Source: Macrostomum lignano
Taxonomy: Eukaryota
Direction of reading: 5' to 3'
NCBI GenBank assembly: GCA_002269645.1
Contig: NIVC01003377.1
Span: forward strand, 1 to 64,000
Length of the DNA stretch: 64,000 nt
The notes beneath the pieces were generated by a model, which was given only the letters and a program-made list of their open reading frames with translations, made no database searches and was not told where the DNA came from. How positions within the stretch are numbered: the stretch's first letter is position 1; each line of letters begins with the position of its first letter. A program made the translations under genes and the position numbers. This document shows, piece by piece, positions 16,301 through 31,069 of this stretch.

Positions 16301-16531
16301 TAAGTTGCCAACTGCTTAGAGCAATGGTTAGGCCCTATGCTAACAAAGTTTACTACTCTTAGGCCTAGCTAATGGTTTCTTCTAACTTATATATGCACAA
16401 CCCCCTTGCCTTGATTTACACTGGCCATGCAACTTACTTGTGAAAATTGAAAAAAAACCCTAAAAAAGCACAAAATTAATGCAATTTTGGATAACTGCCA
16501 GGAGTAGGCTTAACTATGATTGTCTTATTAA

Positions 16532-17979
16532 CAGTAGGAATACCAAGCCATTTTTCCGCCCGTCGAACTACCAAGGGAGGGGGAAAAGTTTCCCCCCCCC
16601 CTGACAAATTTTTTTGCTGCGCCGGAACGGAGCAACGCAGACACACAAAATTCAAGAACACGGGCTAACTTTTTGTTGTGCACCTTCTCAAACAAGAATC
16701 AAGTCGCCAGCCCTCTGGACCGTCGAGATATTCGACGATTCTGCCAGAAGGTCGGATTTTTCCCATAAGCGCTAGTGTATTCAGTACACCCCTGTGCGCC
16801 AATCAGCACTGCGCCTCAGTGCAGCCTTGCCAAGTCTCCAAATTTCATCAGCACGTCGACCACATGTGTCTGCATCAGCTCTGACTTCGTTGGTCACTAG
16901 CCTTCACCTAGGCGGAGCTTCTGGACCTTCAACAGGTGGCACCAAGTGACTATAGATACTCTGATACGAATTTCTCGAGTTTCGCTGATCAAGCCTCGAC
17001 AGTGGGCATACCTCAACTGCTAGGTATCCTCAGCTAGTCTCTCGAGCCTTCCATCATCACCCCGACGCCGTCGGCACCTTCAACGGATTACACCAGGTGA
17101 CTATGAACACCCTGATGCAAATTTCTCTAGTTTCGCTGATCAAGCCTTGCCAATGGGCAAGCCTCAACCGCGGAACATCTTCAGCTAGTCTCTCAAGCAT
17201 TCAGTCATCACCCCGACGCCGTCGGCACCTTCAACAGATGACACCAGGCGACTATGAACACCCTGATGCAAATTTCTCTAGTTTCGCTGATCAAGCCTCG
17301 ACAGTGAGCAAGCCTCAACTTCTGGACACCCTCAGCTAATCTCTCAAGCATTCAGTCATCACTCGGACGCCGTCGGCACCTTCAACAGATGACACCAGGC
17401 GACTATGAACACCCTGATGCGAACTTCTCGAGTTTCACCGATCAAGCCTCGACAGTAGGCAAGCCTCAACTGCCGGACACCCTCAGCTAGTCTCTCAAGC
17501 ATTCCGTCATCATCCCGACTTATTGATGAGGTATGCCCACTGTCGAGGCTTGATCAGCGAAACTCGAGAAATTCGTATCAGAGTGTCCATAGTCACTTGG
17601 TGCCACCTGTTGAAGGTCCAGAAGCTCCGCCTGGGTGAAGGCTAGTGACCAACGAAGTCAGAGCTGATGCAGACACATGTGGTCGACGTGCGTATGAAAT
17701 TTGGAGACTTGGCAAGGCTGCACTGAGGCGCAGTGCTGATTGGCGCACAGGGGTGTACTGAATACACTAGCGCTTATGGGAAAAATCCGACCTTCTGGCA
17801 GAATCGTCGAATATCTCGACGGTCCGGAGGGCTGGCGACTTGATTCTTGTTTGAGAAGGTGCGCAACAAAAAGTTAGCCCGTGTTCTTGAATTTTGTGTG
17901 TCTGCGTTGCTCCGTTCCGGCGCAGCAAAAAAATTTGTCAGGGGGGGGAAACTTTCCCCCCCCCTTGGTAGTTCTACTG
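16532..17979. mobile_element. Non-autonomous foldback DNA element with ~455-bp inverted arms and internal 151-bp tandem repeats, flanked by TTAA
   Basis: 16560-17015 is the near-perfect reverse complement of 17527-17979. TTAA at 16528-16531 and 17980-17983. Termini CAGTAGGAATACCAAG vs (rc) CAGTAGAACTACCAAG. Internal unit recurs at 16981, 17132, 17283 and 17434. Confidence 0.85.
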
Positions 17980-18865
17980 TTAAGGGTACCAGTCATTTCG
18001 GTGACAAATAGTCATTTTGGTGACAAATAGTCATTTTAATTTTTGGTCACAAGTTGCTATTGTGATAGACACACTTCATTTTCAATGAAAAATCAAAGAT
18101 TTCATGAGTATTGTCATTTTAGTGATAAGAGACATTTCATAATATTTGGTTGTATTTATTTTGTTAAGATTTATATTTCCATTATATAATTTATTTAATT
18201 CATTATTAAGGCTAAATGCCTCATCATGCAATTAATGCTATATTTATATTATTTTAGGTGGGCATTTTTATGACTATCACTAGACCATCATAATTTATAG
18301 TGACCAGATCAGCTAGGTTGGCCAGAAATTGTGCATGTATATTCTAGCTTATATGGTGACAACTAATACAAAAAATATCTATGGTAGTCTTCTAATAAGT
18401 CAATAGTTATAATATAAGTCAAGTGCAATTAAGTTCAAGTTGTAGTTATAAAATATACAAATAGCATTTAATATCTAAATTTAAAAATTTTAATATTTTC
18501 ATCAATTCAATTTAAATATTTTGTTTTCTTATTTTATAAGCATAATTCATAAGGCTTTATTCCCCTTTTATAATCAATTAATGTTTTTAAATGCCCAATG
18601 CATTAATATACATAGTTATATAACTATGGGGTAGTTGCCCCTCCCTTATATAGAAACCTGAAAAAACAGAAAGGAACCAAGCAACTTTTTGCAAAAACAA
18701 AGCCACCTCTACCTTGCCCCTTTGGTTTTTACCCTCTAGAACCTCATTGCGCATGTATGTGTTTTGAGGTGAAAACATGTTTTTTGGCAAGACATATTTT
18801 TGGGTATTTTATCGCAGTCCCGAGTTGCTCAACTCTGTCCCGCAGCAGAGCTCGCCCGCTGCGCC

Positions 18866-21762
<2,897 letters not shown>

Positions 21763-21825
21763 TCAGAAATGCAACCTTCAGTATATTGTCTCCTGGTCTC
21801 CCCTCTGTCTTGCCTCTATCTTGTC

Positions 21826-22555
21826 TATCCCCCTCCCCTCTATCCCCCTCCCCTCTACCCTCCCCTCTATCCCCCTCCCCTCTACCCTCCCCTCTATCCC
21901 CTCCCCTCTATCCTCCCCTCTATCCCCCTCCCCTCTATCCTCCCCTCTATCCCCCTCCCCTCTATCCTCCCCTCTATCCCCCTCCCCTCTACCCTCCCCT
22001 CTATCCTCCCTCTTTCCCCCCTCTATCCTCCCCCTCTATCATCCCCTCTATCCCCCTCCCTTCTATCCTCCCCTCTATCCCTCTATCCTCCCTCTATCCC
22101 CCTCCCCTCTATCCCCCTCCCCTCTATCCTCCCCTCTATCCTCCCTCTTTCCCCCCCCTCTATCCCCTCTATCCTGCCCCCTCTATCATCCCCTCTATCC
22201 CCCTTCCTTCTATCCTCCCCTCTATCCTCCCTCTTTCCCCCCCTCTATCCTCCCTCCTCTATCATCCCCTCTATCCCCCTTCCTTCTATCCTCCCCCTCT
22301 ATCCTCCCCTCTATCCCCCTCCCCTCTACCCTCCCCTCTATCCTCCCTCTTTCCCCCCTCTATCCTCCCCCTCTATCCTCCCCTCTATCCCCCTCCCCTC
22401 TACCCTCCCCTCTATCCTCCCTCTTTCCCCCCCTCTATCCTCCCTCCTCTATCATCCCCTCTATCCCCCCTTCCCTCTATCCTCCCCCTCTATCCTCCCC
22501 TCTATCCCCCTCCCCGCTATCCTCCCCCCTCCCCTCTATCCTCCCTCCTATATTT
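21826..22555. repeat. C/T-rich low-complexity array (CCTCCCCTCTATCC-like)
   Basis: Pyrimidine-only degenerate repeats downstream of RPB3. Confidence 0.9.
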
Positions 22556-23242
22556 CTCTTCTCCTTCCTCTCCCATCCTCCTTTCCCTTTTCCTATTCTT
22601 TACCGTAGTTACCCGTTGTTGCTATGTTAGCTTAGCAGACCCATATTTACGTTGAATACTCGATCGCAATGCCGACTTAAGAAGCTCAGTTTAAATAAAA
22701 GTGATGAGCAACTGGTCAACTTACCCCTGTTACCAGTTATGAGCAGCGTACAGCTAATTTCGCATTAATTTCGCATGTACAGCTTTATTGCGTGAAGTGT
22801 CGCGGCGCTCATTTCAATGCTAAACTGCACTTCAATAATAAGCTTTGCACTTGTCAGCCAATGGTTTCACCTGCCGCTATTTTGCAGATAGTAAAATCAA
22901 TTTTGCGCAGTCTTTTTCTCTCGTCTTTTTCGTTAATTTTTAGCTTAGCCGCTATAGCGGGGGTCGGCAACCTCCGGTCCGCGAAGCCTCTCTATCCGGA
23001 CCTCGGGTCCTTTGAAACTTCACAATAGCAATATATCTATAACAATATAGTTCGGATTTGTGTATCTTCTAAGTTATCTCCTCTCTTTTCTTCTCTTTTT
23101 TTCTCTACTCTCCTCTCCTCTCCTCTTCCCTCTCATCTTCTCTCCTCTCATCTCCCCTTTCTTGTTCTCTCTCCCCATAGAAATTCATAAGTTCTCATTC
23201 TCGTGCAAGATTGATCAGCTGAGTCAGCGCCGATCATTGCAG

Positions 23243-26200
23243 ATGGCCCAGGCGGCGGGTGCCGAGTCAACGAGGCCTCAAAGTGGCTCGGACTCCGAGC
23301 AGGATGTAAGACTGCTGTTGTTGCCTTCTGCTGCTCCTGCATTTTTGTGAAGTTTTGCACGCTCTGGAAGCCATCCGGGTCCCAAATAGCTTTTAGCATG
23401 CAAGAGGGTAAACCAGGTATTCTACAGGTTCCTTGCCCGTGACCCTGTTGGATAAATTAGGATAAATCAAACATCCGCAGTAGTGCTGCGTGTACCCTTT
23501 CGCACCGCCTTCAGCAACACTGGTCTTACAACCAGTGGTGAGGCAATTCTGCTCATTCGTCTGACTCCTGCGCGCACGGCACTCGTGCACACGCTCACTC
23601 AGGGTGTACAGTGGCCCCTGACTTCCTCAGGCATCTACACTGTCCCTGGGAGGCTGGCCCTCATGTGTGTGGATCGCACAACTCGCTGGCCAATTTTCGC
23701 GCACACAAGCCCCAGATGAATGCGCTTGGGGTTGTAGCGATCTAGTGCTGGACATCATCCGTCCCGTGTCTGCGGCCTCAAGCTACAAGCGGTATAACTT
23801 ATTGGATCCCGCAGTCGACCTCTACGAGTCATTGCGCGATCGAAACTCTACCAGAAGTGCTGCTCACGCGGATCCTGTCCGAGCTGGACCAGGCCAGCCG
23901 CGGCCGGTGCGCTCAGCTGAGCAGGCGCTTGCATCGGCTGGCCACGCAGCCGCAGCTGTGGCGCAAAATCCGCATTGGCTTTGGCACTTCCTCAAATGTC
24001 GAACTGACGGTATCGTTTACCAGCTTTCTGAGGGACGTTGTGCGGGAGATTGATGGCTACTCAATGACTGACCCACAAAAGCTGCCCCAGGTGCTGGCCG
24101 CATCCGTGAACCTCACCAGCCTCAGATTGTTTCGCGTCAATGGTGACTCAGCGCTGATTGCAGTGGGCCGCAGCTGCCACAGCCTGCAGGAACTGAGCGT
24201 CAGTCACTGCGACAATGCGCTCTCGGACGAAGCGCTGAGAAGCCTGCTGACCGGCTGTCCCCGCCTGTCGCTGATGGACATTCTTGGAAAATGGTTCTAT
24301 CGCACTATGATACCCCTATACTCGCTCGCAGATTCGCAGAACAGGCAGCTTCTCAACCAGCTGGTTGCCCGACTGGCTAACTTGTCTTTTGATTTTTATG
24401 GCGATGATCTTGAGGATAATTGTGGTAACCTGCTTCACTTCATTCCGAAGTGTCCGAAGCTGGTTAGCCTGAAATTCTACGTGTTTGATTTCTCTGGTGA
24501 GTTTGTTGAAGACCTGAAGTTCTGCGCTGATGTAAGGATGATGCATTCTTGTACTTGTAGTTAGCCAGGTGAAAAAGAGTTTACACGACGGCGTGGTGAA
24601 GCGTCGCGCGAGAACTACGGGAGGTGGGCGGGAGCGTGTTTCTCCCGGCTGAAAATTTTGAGCGAGAAACTCGCTAAAACGAACTCGGTAACCGAGTCAA
24701 ATTGGCAGCTCGATTTTTTGGTTTAAAAAACTTGCTACGGACACTTTCTGAGCGAGAAGCATCAGAACTGGAAGCTCGGTAGTTTTACAGGTCAAAACTC
24801 GGTACTACGCTCGTACATGTAAATCACGGTCAGAACTCGGTACTAAATCACTGTCAAAAATGGCTACCTTAAGCTCGCTACCTTACTAAGTACTATCTCT
24901 ATCTCTATCTACCTTACTATCTCAATATATAAAAATGAGTTGTCTGTGGGTAGGTATTTAATAGATTTCAGAAAAACGTCTCAACCGATTTTCTTCAAAT
25001 TTGCACCGTTCGATCAGAAATTTTCCAGTTACAGATAAATTGACGTAGGTTAAAAGATGTTTCGGTCTTGTGAAGGATCGTGCAGCAGTTTCCGGCGTTG
25101 TGAAATTTCGGTCTTATGAAGTTTCGGTCTTGTGAAGGATCGTGCAGCAGTTTCCGGCGTTGTGAAATTTCGGTCTTATGAAGTTTCGGTCTTGTGAAAT
25201 TTCGGTCTTATGAAATTTCTGGGGTATACAGTACACCGATTCCTAAAACTACAGAGTATTAAGTCAGCGACCTTATTCTAAAGTGTTGGAAGTCTATTTT
25301 TGCAATTGATGTCTAGTTTGAAAACCTTACGTAGAGATATTAGATTTTTCTACGAACAAAAGTCGGAGATTCACTAATACCATGGTACCTTAGTCACTAA
25401 TACCACTAATAGTAGCATATTGAAAGTAAATTTCTAAACGCAAAGCTTTCCAATGGTAACTTCTGTCATATGTTTAAAAGAAGTGGCCTATTTGATATGA
25501 AATTACCAAGTCACTGAGTTTTCGACCGAGAAAATGAGCGAGACAGTACCCGAGAATCTGACCGAGTCACACAGTGCCAGGTTTTGGGACCGAATTTAGA
25601 CCGAGAAAATGAGCGAGACAGTACCCGAGAATCTGACCGAGTCACACAGTGCCAGGTTTTGGGACCGAATTTAGACCGAGAAAATGAGCGAGACAGTACC
25701 CGAGAATCTGACCGAGTCACACAGTGCCAGGTTTTGGGACCGAATTTTAGACCGAGAAAATGAGCGAGACAGTACCCGAGAATCTGACCGAGTCACACAG
25801 TGCCAGGTTTTGGGACCGAATTTTAGACCGAGAAAATGATCAAATCACGATAAAAAGTTTTTGGGACCGAATTTTAGACCGAGAAAATAATCAAATCACG
25901 ATAAAAAGTTTTTGGGACCGAATTTTAGACCGAGAAAATGATCAAATCACGATAAAAAGTTTTTGGGACCGAATTTTAGACCGAGAAAATGATCAAATCA
26001 CGATAAAAAGTTTTTGGGACCGAATTTTAGACCGAGAAAATGATCAAATCTGCACGATCAACAGTTTTTGGGACCGAGTTTTCCACAGAAAAAAAAGTCC
26101 GCGAAATGACCGAATTTAGTAGGATCGAGTCAAAATTTGTTTAAAAAATCTCGTTTGAGTGTGTTTTTATTTCCCAAACTCGCTCAATTTCCGCGGTCAT

Positions 26201-28044
26201 CTCTCGGTGGCCTCCAAATTTACACGCTGAAATTTTTAGCCGAATCTATAAATAAAGAATAAAGAAGGTTCAAGCCGCTTCTTATTGTAGCGCTTAGCCA
26301 TTAAAAACACGGAACGATTGTTTGACTAAGGGACTCTTAGTTCTTGTTAAAAAGCAAAGCTAGCAACTTGTAGCAGTTTATTGCTTAGGATTTTGTCCCC
26401 TGAGTCTATTAAACATATACTACTTCCACCCAGAGCTTTTGGATTTGCTACCACGAATGCCGAACTTGGAGAAGCTGGAGGTCAGCTGTAGAGACGCTGC
26501 AGTTCCAAGTTCAAGGTCTCGAATACCGAGCCTGCCTCTGCGTCGCCTCAGCCTGAGCTGCGGTTTCAACAATGCGACTCCGATTTTGCTGCTGCTGCGC
26601 TGCCTGCCGCAACTCCGAAGCTTCAGACTGCTGTACTATAAAAATCTCACTGGTAGAGAGGTCCGCGACATTCTGCAAGCCCTGCCAGCTGGCCTCACAC
26701 AGCTGGGCCTCGATTTCTGCAACAAAGTGACCGCCCTAGATGAGTCTGACTTGAGCGCCCCACTGCCGACTGGCCTGCGGCAACTGCTAATGCAACAGTT
26801 TGGGGACAGTAATCTCAAAGGCTTGAGGCTGATGGACACATTGTTTAACTGCTCAGGTGAGTTGCTGGTGTGGGCTGGTGGCTGCTCAGGTGAGCGGGTC
26901 TGTTGCTGGTGTGGGCTGGTGGCTGCTCAGGTGAGCGGGTCTGTTGCTGGTGTGGACTGGTGGCTGCTCAGGTGAGCGAGTCTGTTGCTGGTGTGGGCTG
27001 GTGGCTGCTCAGGTGAGCGGGTCTGTTGCTGGTGTGGACTGGTGGCTGCTCAGGTGAGCGGGTCTGTTGCTGGTGTGGGCTGGTGGCTGCTCAGGTGAGC
27101 GGGTCTGTTGCTGGTGTGGACTGGTGGCTGCTCAGGTGAGCGGGTCTGTTGCTGGTGTGGGCTGGTGGCTGCTCAGGTGAGCGGGTCTGTTGCTGGTGTG
27201 GGCTGGTGGCTGCTCAGGTGAGCGGGTCTGTTGCTGGTGTGGACTGGTGGCTGCTCAGGTGAGCGGGTCTGTTGCTGGTGTGGACTGGTGGTTGCTCAGG
27301 TGAGCGGGTCTGTTGCTGGTGTGGACTGGTGACTGCTCAGGTGAGCGGGTCTGTTGCTGGTGTGGACTGGTGGCTGCTCAGGTGAGCGGGTCTGTTGCTG
27401 GTTCTGCTCAGGCCTGAGTCCGCGCTTTGCTTAGCTCAATTGGCTGTAAGTGTGAAGCTATTCCGCCTGTCATCTTTAATTAAGCAATTCAGGAATTACC
27501 TCTGAATTGCCTGTACCGAACTTCAGGCCTGAGCCTTCTAGTCCTGGACTTTTGTTGCGACGACCTGCTGCCGGCTCTGCTCTCCCGGCTGCCCCGCCTG
27601 CGCTGCCTCCACCTCACCAACTGCAGCCGCCTGACCCGCCAGGCCTGGGCGAGTCTGAGAACCCAGCAAGTCGTCGCCACCACAGCCGAACTGCAGAATT
27701 TTCATGCTGAAAAATGCAGCGAGTCCAGCCTCACCGATGAGGCGGTTGCCGACCTGTGCGCCAGCCCGGCCGTCAGGGGGCTGCGGCGGCTGTTCCTGTC
27801 CGACTGCAGCCGCCTGACCGCCGCCTGTCTGCCCAGCATCGCCAGCGGCTGCCCGCAGCTGACTCACCTGGCTCTGCACATCCATGATGAAGCCAGAGAA
27901 AGTCCTTTTCCGGTTCACCGGCCGGGAGCCACGGGCTATAAACAGCACCCGATTTCCGGGTCAGATTTTCAAGCTTTTTGCGCTGGTTTCGATCACCCTG
28001 TGAGAGTTGAAAACTGGTTTCGACCTACTTTTTTTGTCCTTTGA
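23243..28044 (+). CDS. F-box/leucine-rich-repeat protein (FBXL-type), 561 aa; exons 23243-23305, 23815-24496, 26434-26856, 27527-28044
   Basis: F-box IETLPEVLLTRILSELDQASRGRCAQLSRRLHRLATQPQLWRKI, followed by cysteine-containing LRRs (LQELSVSHCDNALSDEALRSLLTGCPRLSLMDI; LRCLHLTNCSRLT; LRRLFLSDCSRLTAACLPSIASGCPQLTHL). Splice phases 0, 1, 1 are consistent; 1686 nt is divisible by 3. Exon 1 is the least certain. Confidence 0.85.
24893..25030 (+). mobile_element. Possible Helentron/DINE-like non-autonomous element end
   Basis: TATCTC repeats followed by ATCTCAATATATAAAAATG..GTCTGT. ACCGATTTTCTTCAAATTTG here nearly matches the reverse complement of CAAATTTGAAGAGAATCGGT at ~62646. Family call is by resemblance only. 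Confidence 0.35.
25059..25215. repeat. 62-bp tandem duplication built from TTTCGGTCTTRTGAA subunits
   Basis: Copies start at 25059 and 25121, plus trailing subunits. Confidence 0.8.
25524..26075. repeat. Composite tandem array: 4 x 75-76 bp followed by ~5 x 51 bp units sharing GGGACCGAATTTTAGACCGAGAAAAT
   Basis: GACCGAG anchors at 25524, 25599, 25674, 25750, 25826, 25877, 25928, 25979 and 26030. Confidence 0.92.
26851..27410. repeat. 41-bp minisatellite containing the 5' splice site (GCTCAG|GTGAG) in FBXL intron 3
   Basis: GCTCAGGTGAG recurs at 26851, 26884, 26925, 26966, etc. (~14 copies). Confidence 0.95.
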
Positions 28045-28689
28045 CTGACAACTGCAGCTTGCTGTTTCGTTAACAATTTTTACGTTTTTTCTCTCAAATA
28101 GTCTATAGTGTTTTAGTCTTTATTTTCTTCTTCGTTTCTAGTGCTTTAATTGTTGCCGGGAAGGGGGGGGGGTCCCATACCTCCGACACTTATATCTCCA
28201 AAACACCATATCGCCTAAACATAATTTCCGAAAGTTCATATCTCCGATAAACTTAACCCTAAGCCTAACGGAGAGATAAAGATTTAGAGATCCCCTAACT
28301 CGGGAACGGATTAAGCCGGTTCGCCAATCCCTGAGCACGCACTCATACAGGGTGCACAGCAGTCCTATCTTTCTTATCGACAGGCGTGCATACTCTGTAC
28401 CTTGGGATTTCGACTCTCGTGGACGTGAATTGCTCGATAAGCCCCAGGCTTATTTTCTTGCTTATTTCTGTCTTATTAACTTGCTTTCTAACGACTTAAT
28501 TTCCTGTTTCTGTCGCGTTTAAGGGCCAGTTTTTTACTCAAAGATTATTTATTCATTCTTATAGCTAAAGTTTTATTACACCTGCTATATTGCGCAGATG
28601 TGCAACCGACAGCTCAGCCGCAGCTATGGCGCGTACGGCTGTTCAGTCAAAGGACTGGGAGGAGTTGCCACACACCCTCAATTACCCCA

Positions 28690-28735
28690 GCTAATGCTGG
28701 CACCCATTTTACAGCTTGCGTGAACTGAAGCACTC
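28690..28735 (+). mobile_element. Possible SINE core remnant
   Basis: GCTGGCACCCATTTTACAGCTTGCGTGAACTG resembles the conserved central domain of widespread invertebrate SINEs. Recalled similarity only. Confidence 0.3.
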
Positions 28736-29252
28736 AAGCCACTAAGCGACGGACTCTTACTGCGAATACTCAATATGTCTAGGATTCCTTGCATAATACG
28801 AGTAAAACCACGCGAATTCATTGCGCTTTTTTTAACTAAAACATTCGTTGGAAGGTTTTATAACTCCACAGTGCCACAGCACTTTTGGCGCCATTTTTTC
28901 TTGATAATGTAATTCTATCAGTCTTTAGTAAAATATACTTTTATTTATTGTACTGAAAAGTGCAACATTATACACTGCGAATTTTGCCTCGTGGGCTTTT
29001 AAAACTTTGCAAAGCGAATCGGCGTAGCTCTTCTTCATTTTCTGTTTCATGACAAATGCTAGATATACTGAGTGAGGGCTGTGATTTGACGGCAGGCATT
29101 TAAACACATATGAGTACTGGACTGAGTCAGGTATAAAATGCATTCTGCAAGCTGACTTCACGGTTTCCACCAACATCTCAAAAATTCCCACACCTGGTAA
29201 TGGCCGGCTCAGCTTTGGTTGAAAGCTCTCGCACGCATGTCTTCTGTTGTAG

Positions 29253-29304
29253 GCTGGACCAGACCTGCAGCCTCGGCCGCGGTGCGCTCAGCTGAGCAGG
29301 CGCT
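29253..29304 (+). pseudogene. Short duplicated fragment of the F-box exon
   Basis: GCTGGACCAG..CAGCC.CGGCC.GGTGCGCTCAGCTGAGCAGGCGCT closely matches 23883-23928; flanks are unrelated. Confidence 0.7.
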
Positions 29305-30368
29305 GGCCTCCATTCACAAATAAAACTTGTTTTGCACGATCGTCTTCCACCAGCCTTCCGGTGCAGATGAGGATCGAGAGATCGCGGTCAGAGGAGCTGG
29401 TCTCCCCCACAGCATCTTTGTCCTTTTCCGACCACGAGGAGCTAGCACTTTGGCTAGTCAGCTGGGGTTTAACAGGTCGTGCAGTTATACGGTGGTCCTT
29501 AGCTACGTGTATGTTAGGCACATGTAGACACTTTTGACGCCTCGCCGACAAGATCGAGGCTTTATGAGCCTGCCATAACTACACAAAGGTACGTGTAAAA
29601 ATTCTACTTTGGCCTTGTGAGTAACAAAAGTTAGTATATGAATACTTTTCTACTTGTTCCTAGAAAGGTTGCTGTTTTGGTAGTTTAAAAACCGAAGTTT
29701 ATTCGTTTCTCAAATTTATGTAACGTAAAACTGAAAAAAGAATCTGTACATTTCGTCATACATTTTTTGGATGACAGTCGTACGAATAGCATTATATGAT
29801 GAATTAGTTCGTAAAGTGCATGTATAGACCTAATTTTATAGTCCTATATACTAAAAATAAAAATTTTAGCTAGGAATCTTCATTTTTTAATTGACTGGCT
29901 TTGCTAATCGGAAAAGGCAGGCTTTTGTAGAATTCAATAAAGGATGAAAAGCTTTTTAATTATCTAAATGTAGCAGGTAATAAATTAAGTCTTCACAGTA
30001 GAGTTCGTCGTTACAGGCCACAAGACGATGACTAGCGCACGTGACAAGGAACAGAGGGAAAACGAGAGAACACTAATCCATTTCAAAAGTAACTCCAGAG
30101 CTCTGTGCCAGATAAATTTTGTTTTGAAATACGAGTAAAACAAATTTATATATATTTATGAAGCATTTATTAAATTCCGTTAATTAGATTTGACAAATAA
30201 AAAAGTTGATACAGTCAAACTTAACCGTTTGGTGAATTTTCTTACTATTATCCGTAATTTGTGTATTTTTTCGTTTCCTCATTTTTCTAAGAAAACGTAA
30301 ACTAAGTGCAGCTTGCACTTGCAGAGTTGCAGTTAATTGCATTAGCATTACAGCCTACAGATTCTATC

Positions 30369-31025
30369 GGTCCGCGGTCATTTCGTCTGCCGCCTTTTCG
30401 TCTGCCAAAGAATTTTAGCAGACGAAACGACTTTTTTATTTATGTTTATTTTGGTTCACTTATTTCGTAATTTTTATGTAGGGAATTAAAATAAATTAGT
30501 ATAAGCAAGTTTTAAGTATGTTTTCTTATTTATATTGATACATTTTGTTTTTCTTCATTTTCTACGAAACCTAACTTACCTTTTTTTAACACTTTGTGCA
30601 TTTAAGCTACTTTGTATTCGTGAATAAATTGCATATGAGTTTACATTTTCTGTGCCTACAATTTCGTTTGCTCCTTACATTTTACACTTTGTGCATTTAA
30701 GCTACTTGTATTCGTGAATAAATTGCATATGAGTTTACATACACGAAAAAAAGAAAGTTGGAAGGAAACTAAACGGTTGGAACTTGGAGATATTTGCTTC
30801 TGGCTTTGTGTATTTATATATATGCAATATATTAGCTCCGGAACTTGCAGAAAAATCCTAGCATTATAATAAATTAGAATTAATAAGACATTTACATTAC
30901 ACTTCCATGCGAAGCTTGATGACATAATTAGTTATTCCGATTTATATATTATATATATTGGCAGACGAAACGACTATATCGTATATTGGCAGACGAAAAG
31001 GCGGCAGACGAAATGACCGTCAACC
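30369..31025. mobile_element. 657-bp MITE with perfect 8-bp TSD (Merlin- or hAT/MULE-like)
   Basis: TSD ATTCTATC at 30361-30368 and 31026-31033. TIR core CGGTCATTTCGTCTGCCGCCTTTTCGTCTGCCAA is mirrored at the right end. Termini GGT..ACC. Internal ~57-bp direct duplication. Confidence 0.88.
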
Positions 31026-31069
31026 ATTCTATCAACTTAAAGGTTAAATAACCTGATTAAATATTAAGA

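Noticed and set aside
22955-23010. GGGGTCGGCAACCTCCGGTCCGCG, like a hAT/Charlie left end
   Set aside because: No matching right TIR in the correct order or TSD found; too short to call.
25524-26075. CRISPR-like repeat-spacer appearance
   Set aside because: The intervening sequences are identical within blocks, not unique spacers; eukaryotic intron context.
27507-27710. 67-aa ORF as the FBXL last exon using acceptor 27492
   Set aside because: It gives a non-LRR frame; acceptor 27526 restores the LRR frame with the correct phase.
28165-28325. ATATCTCCGA-type subrepeats with CCCTAA, like half of a MITE
   Set aside because: No partner inverted end or TSD identified.
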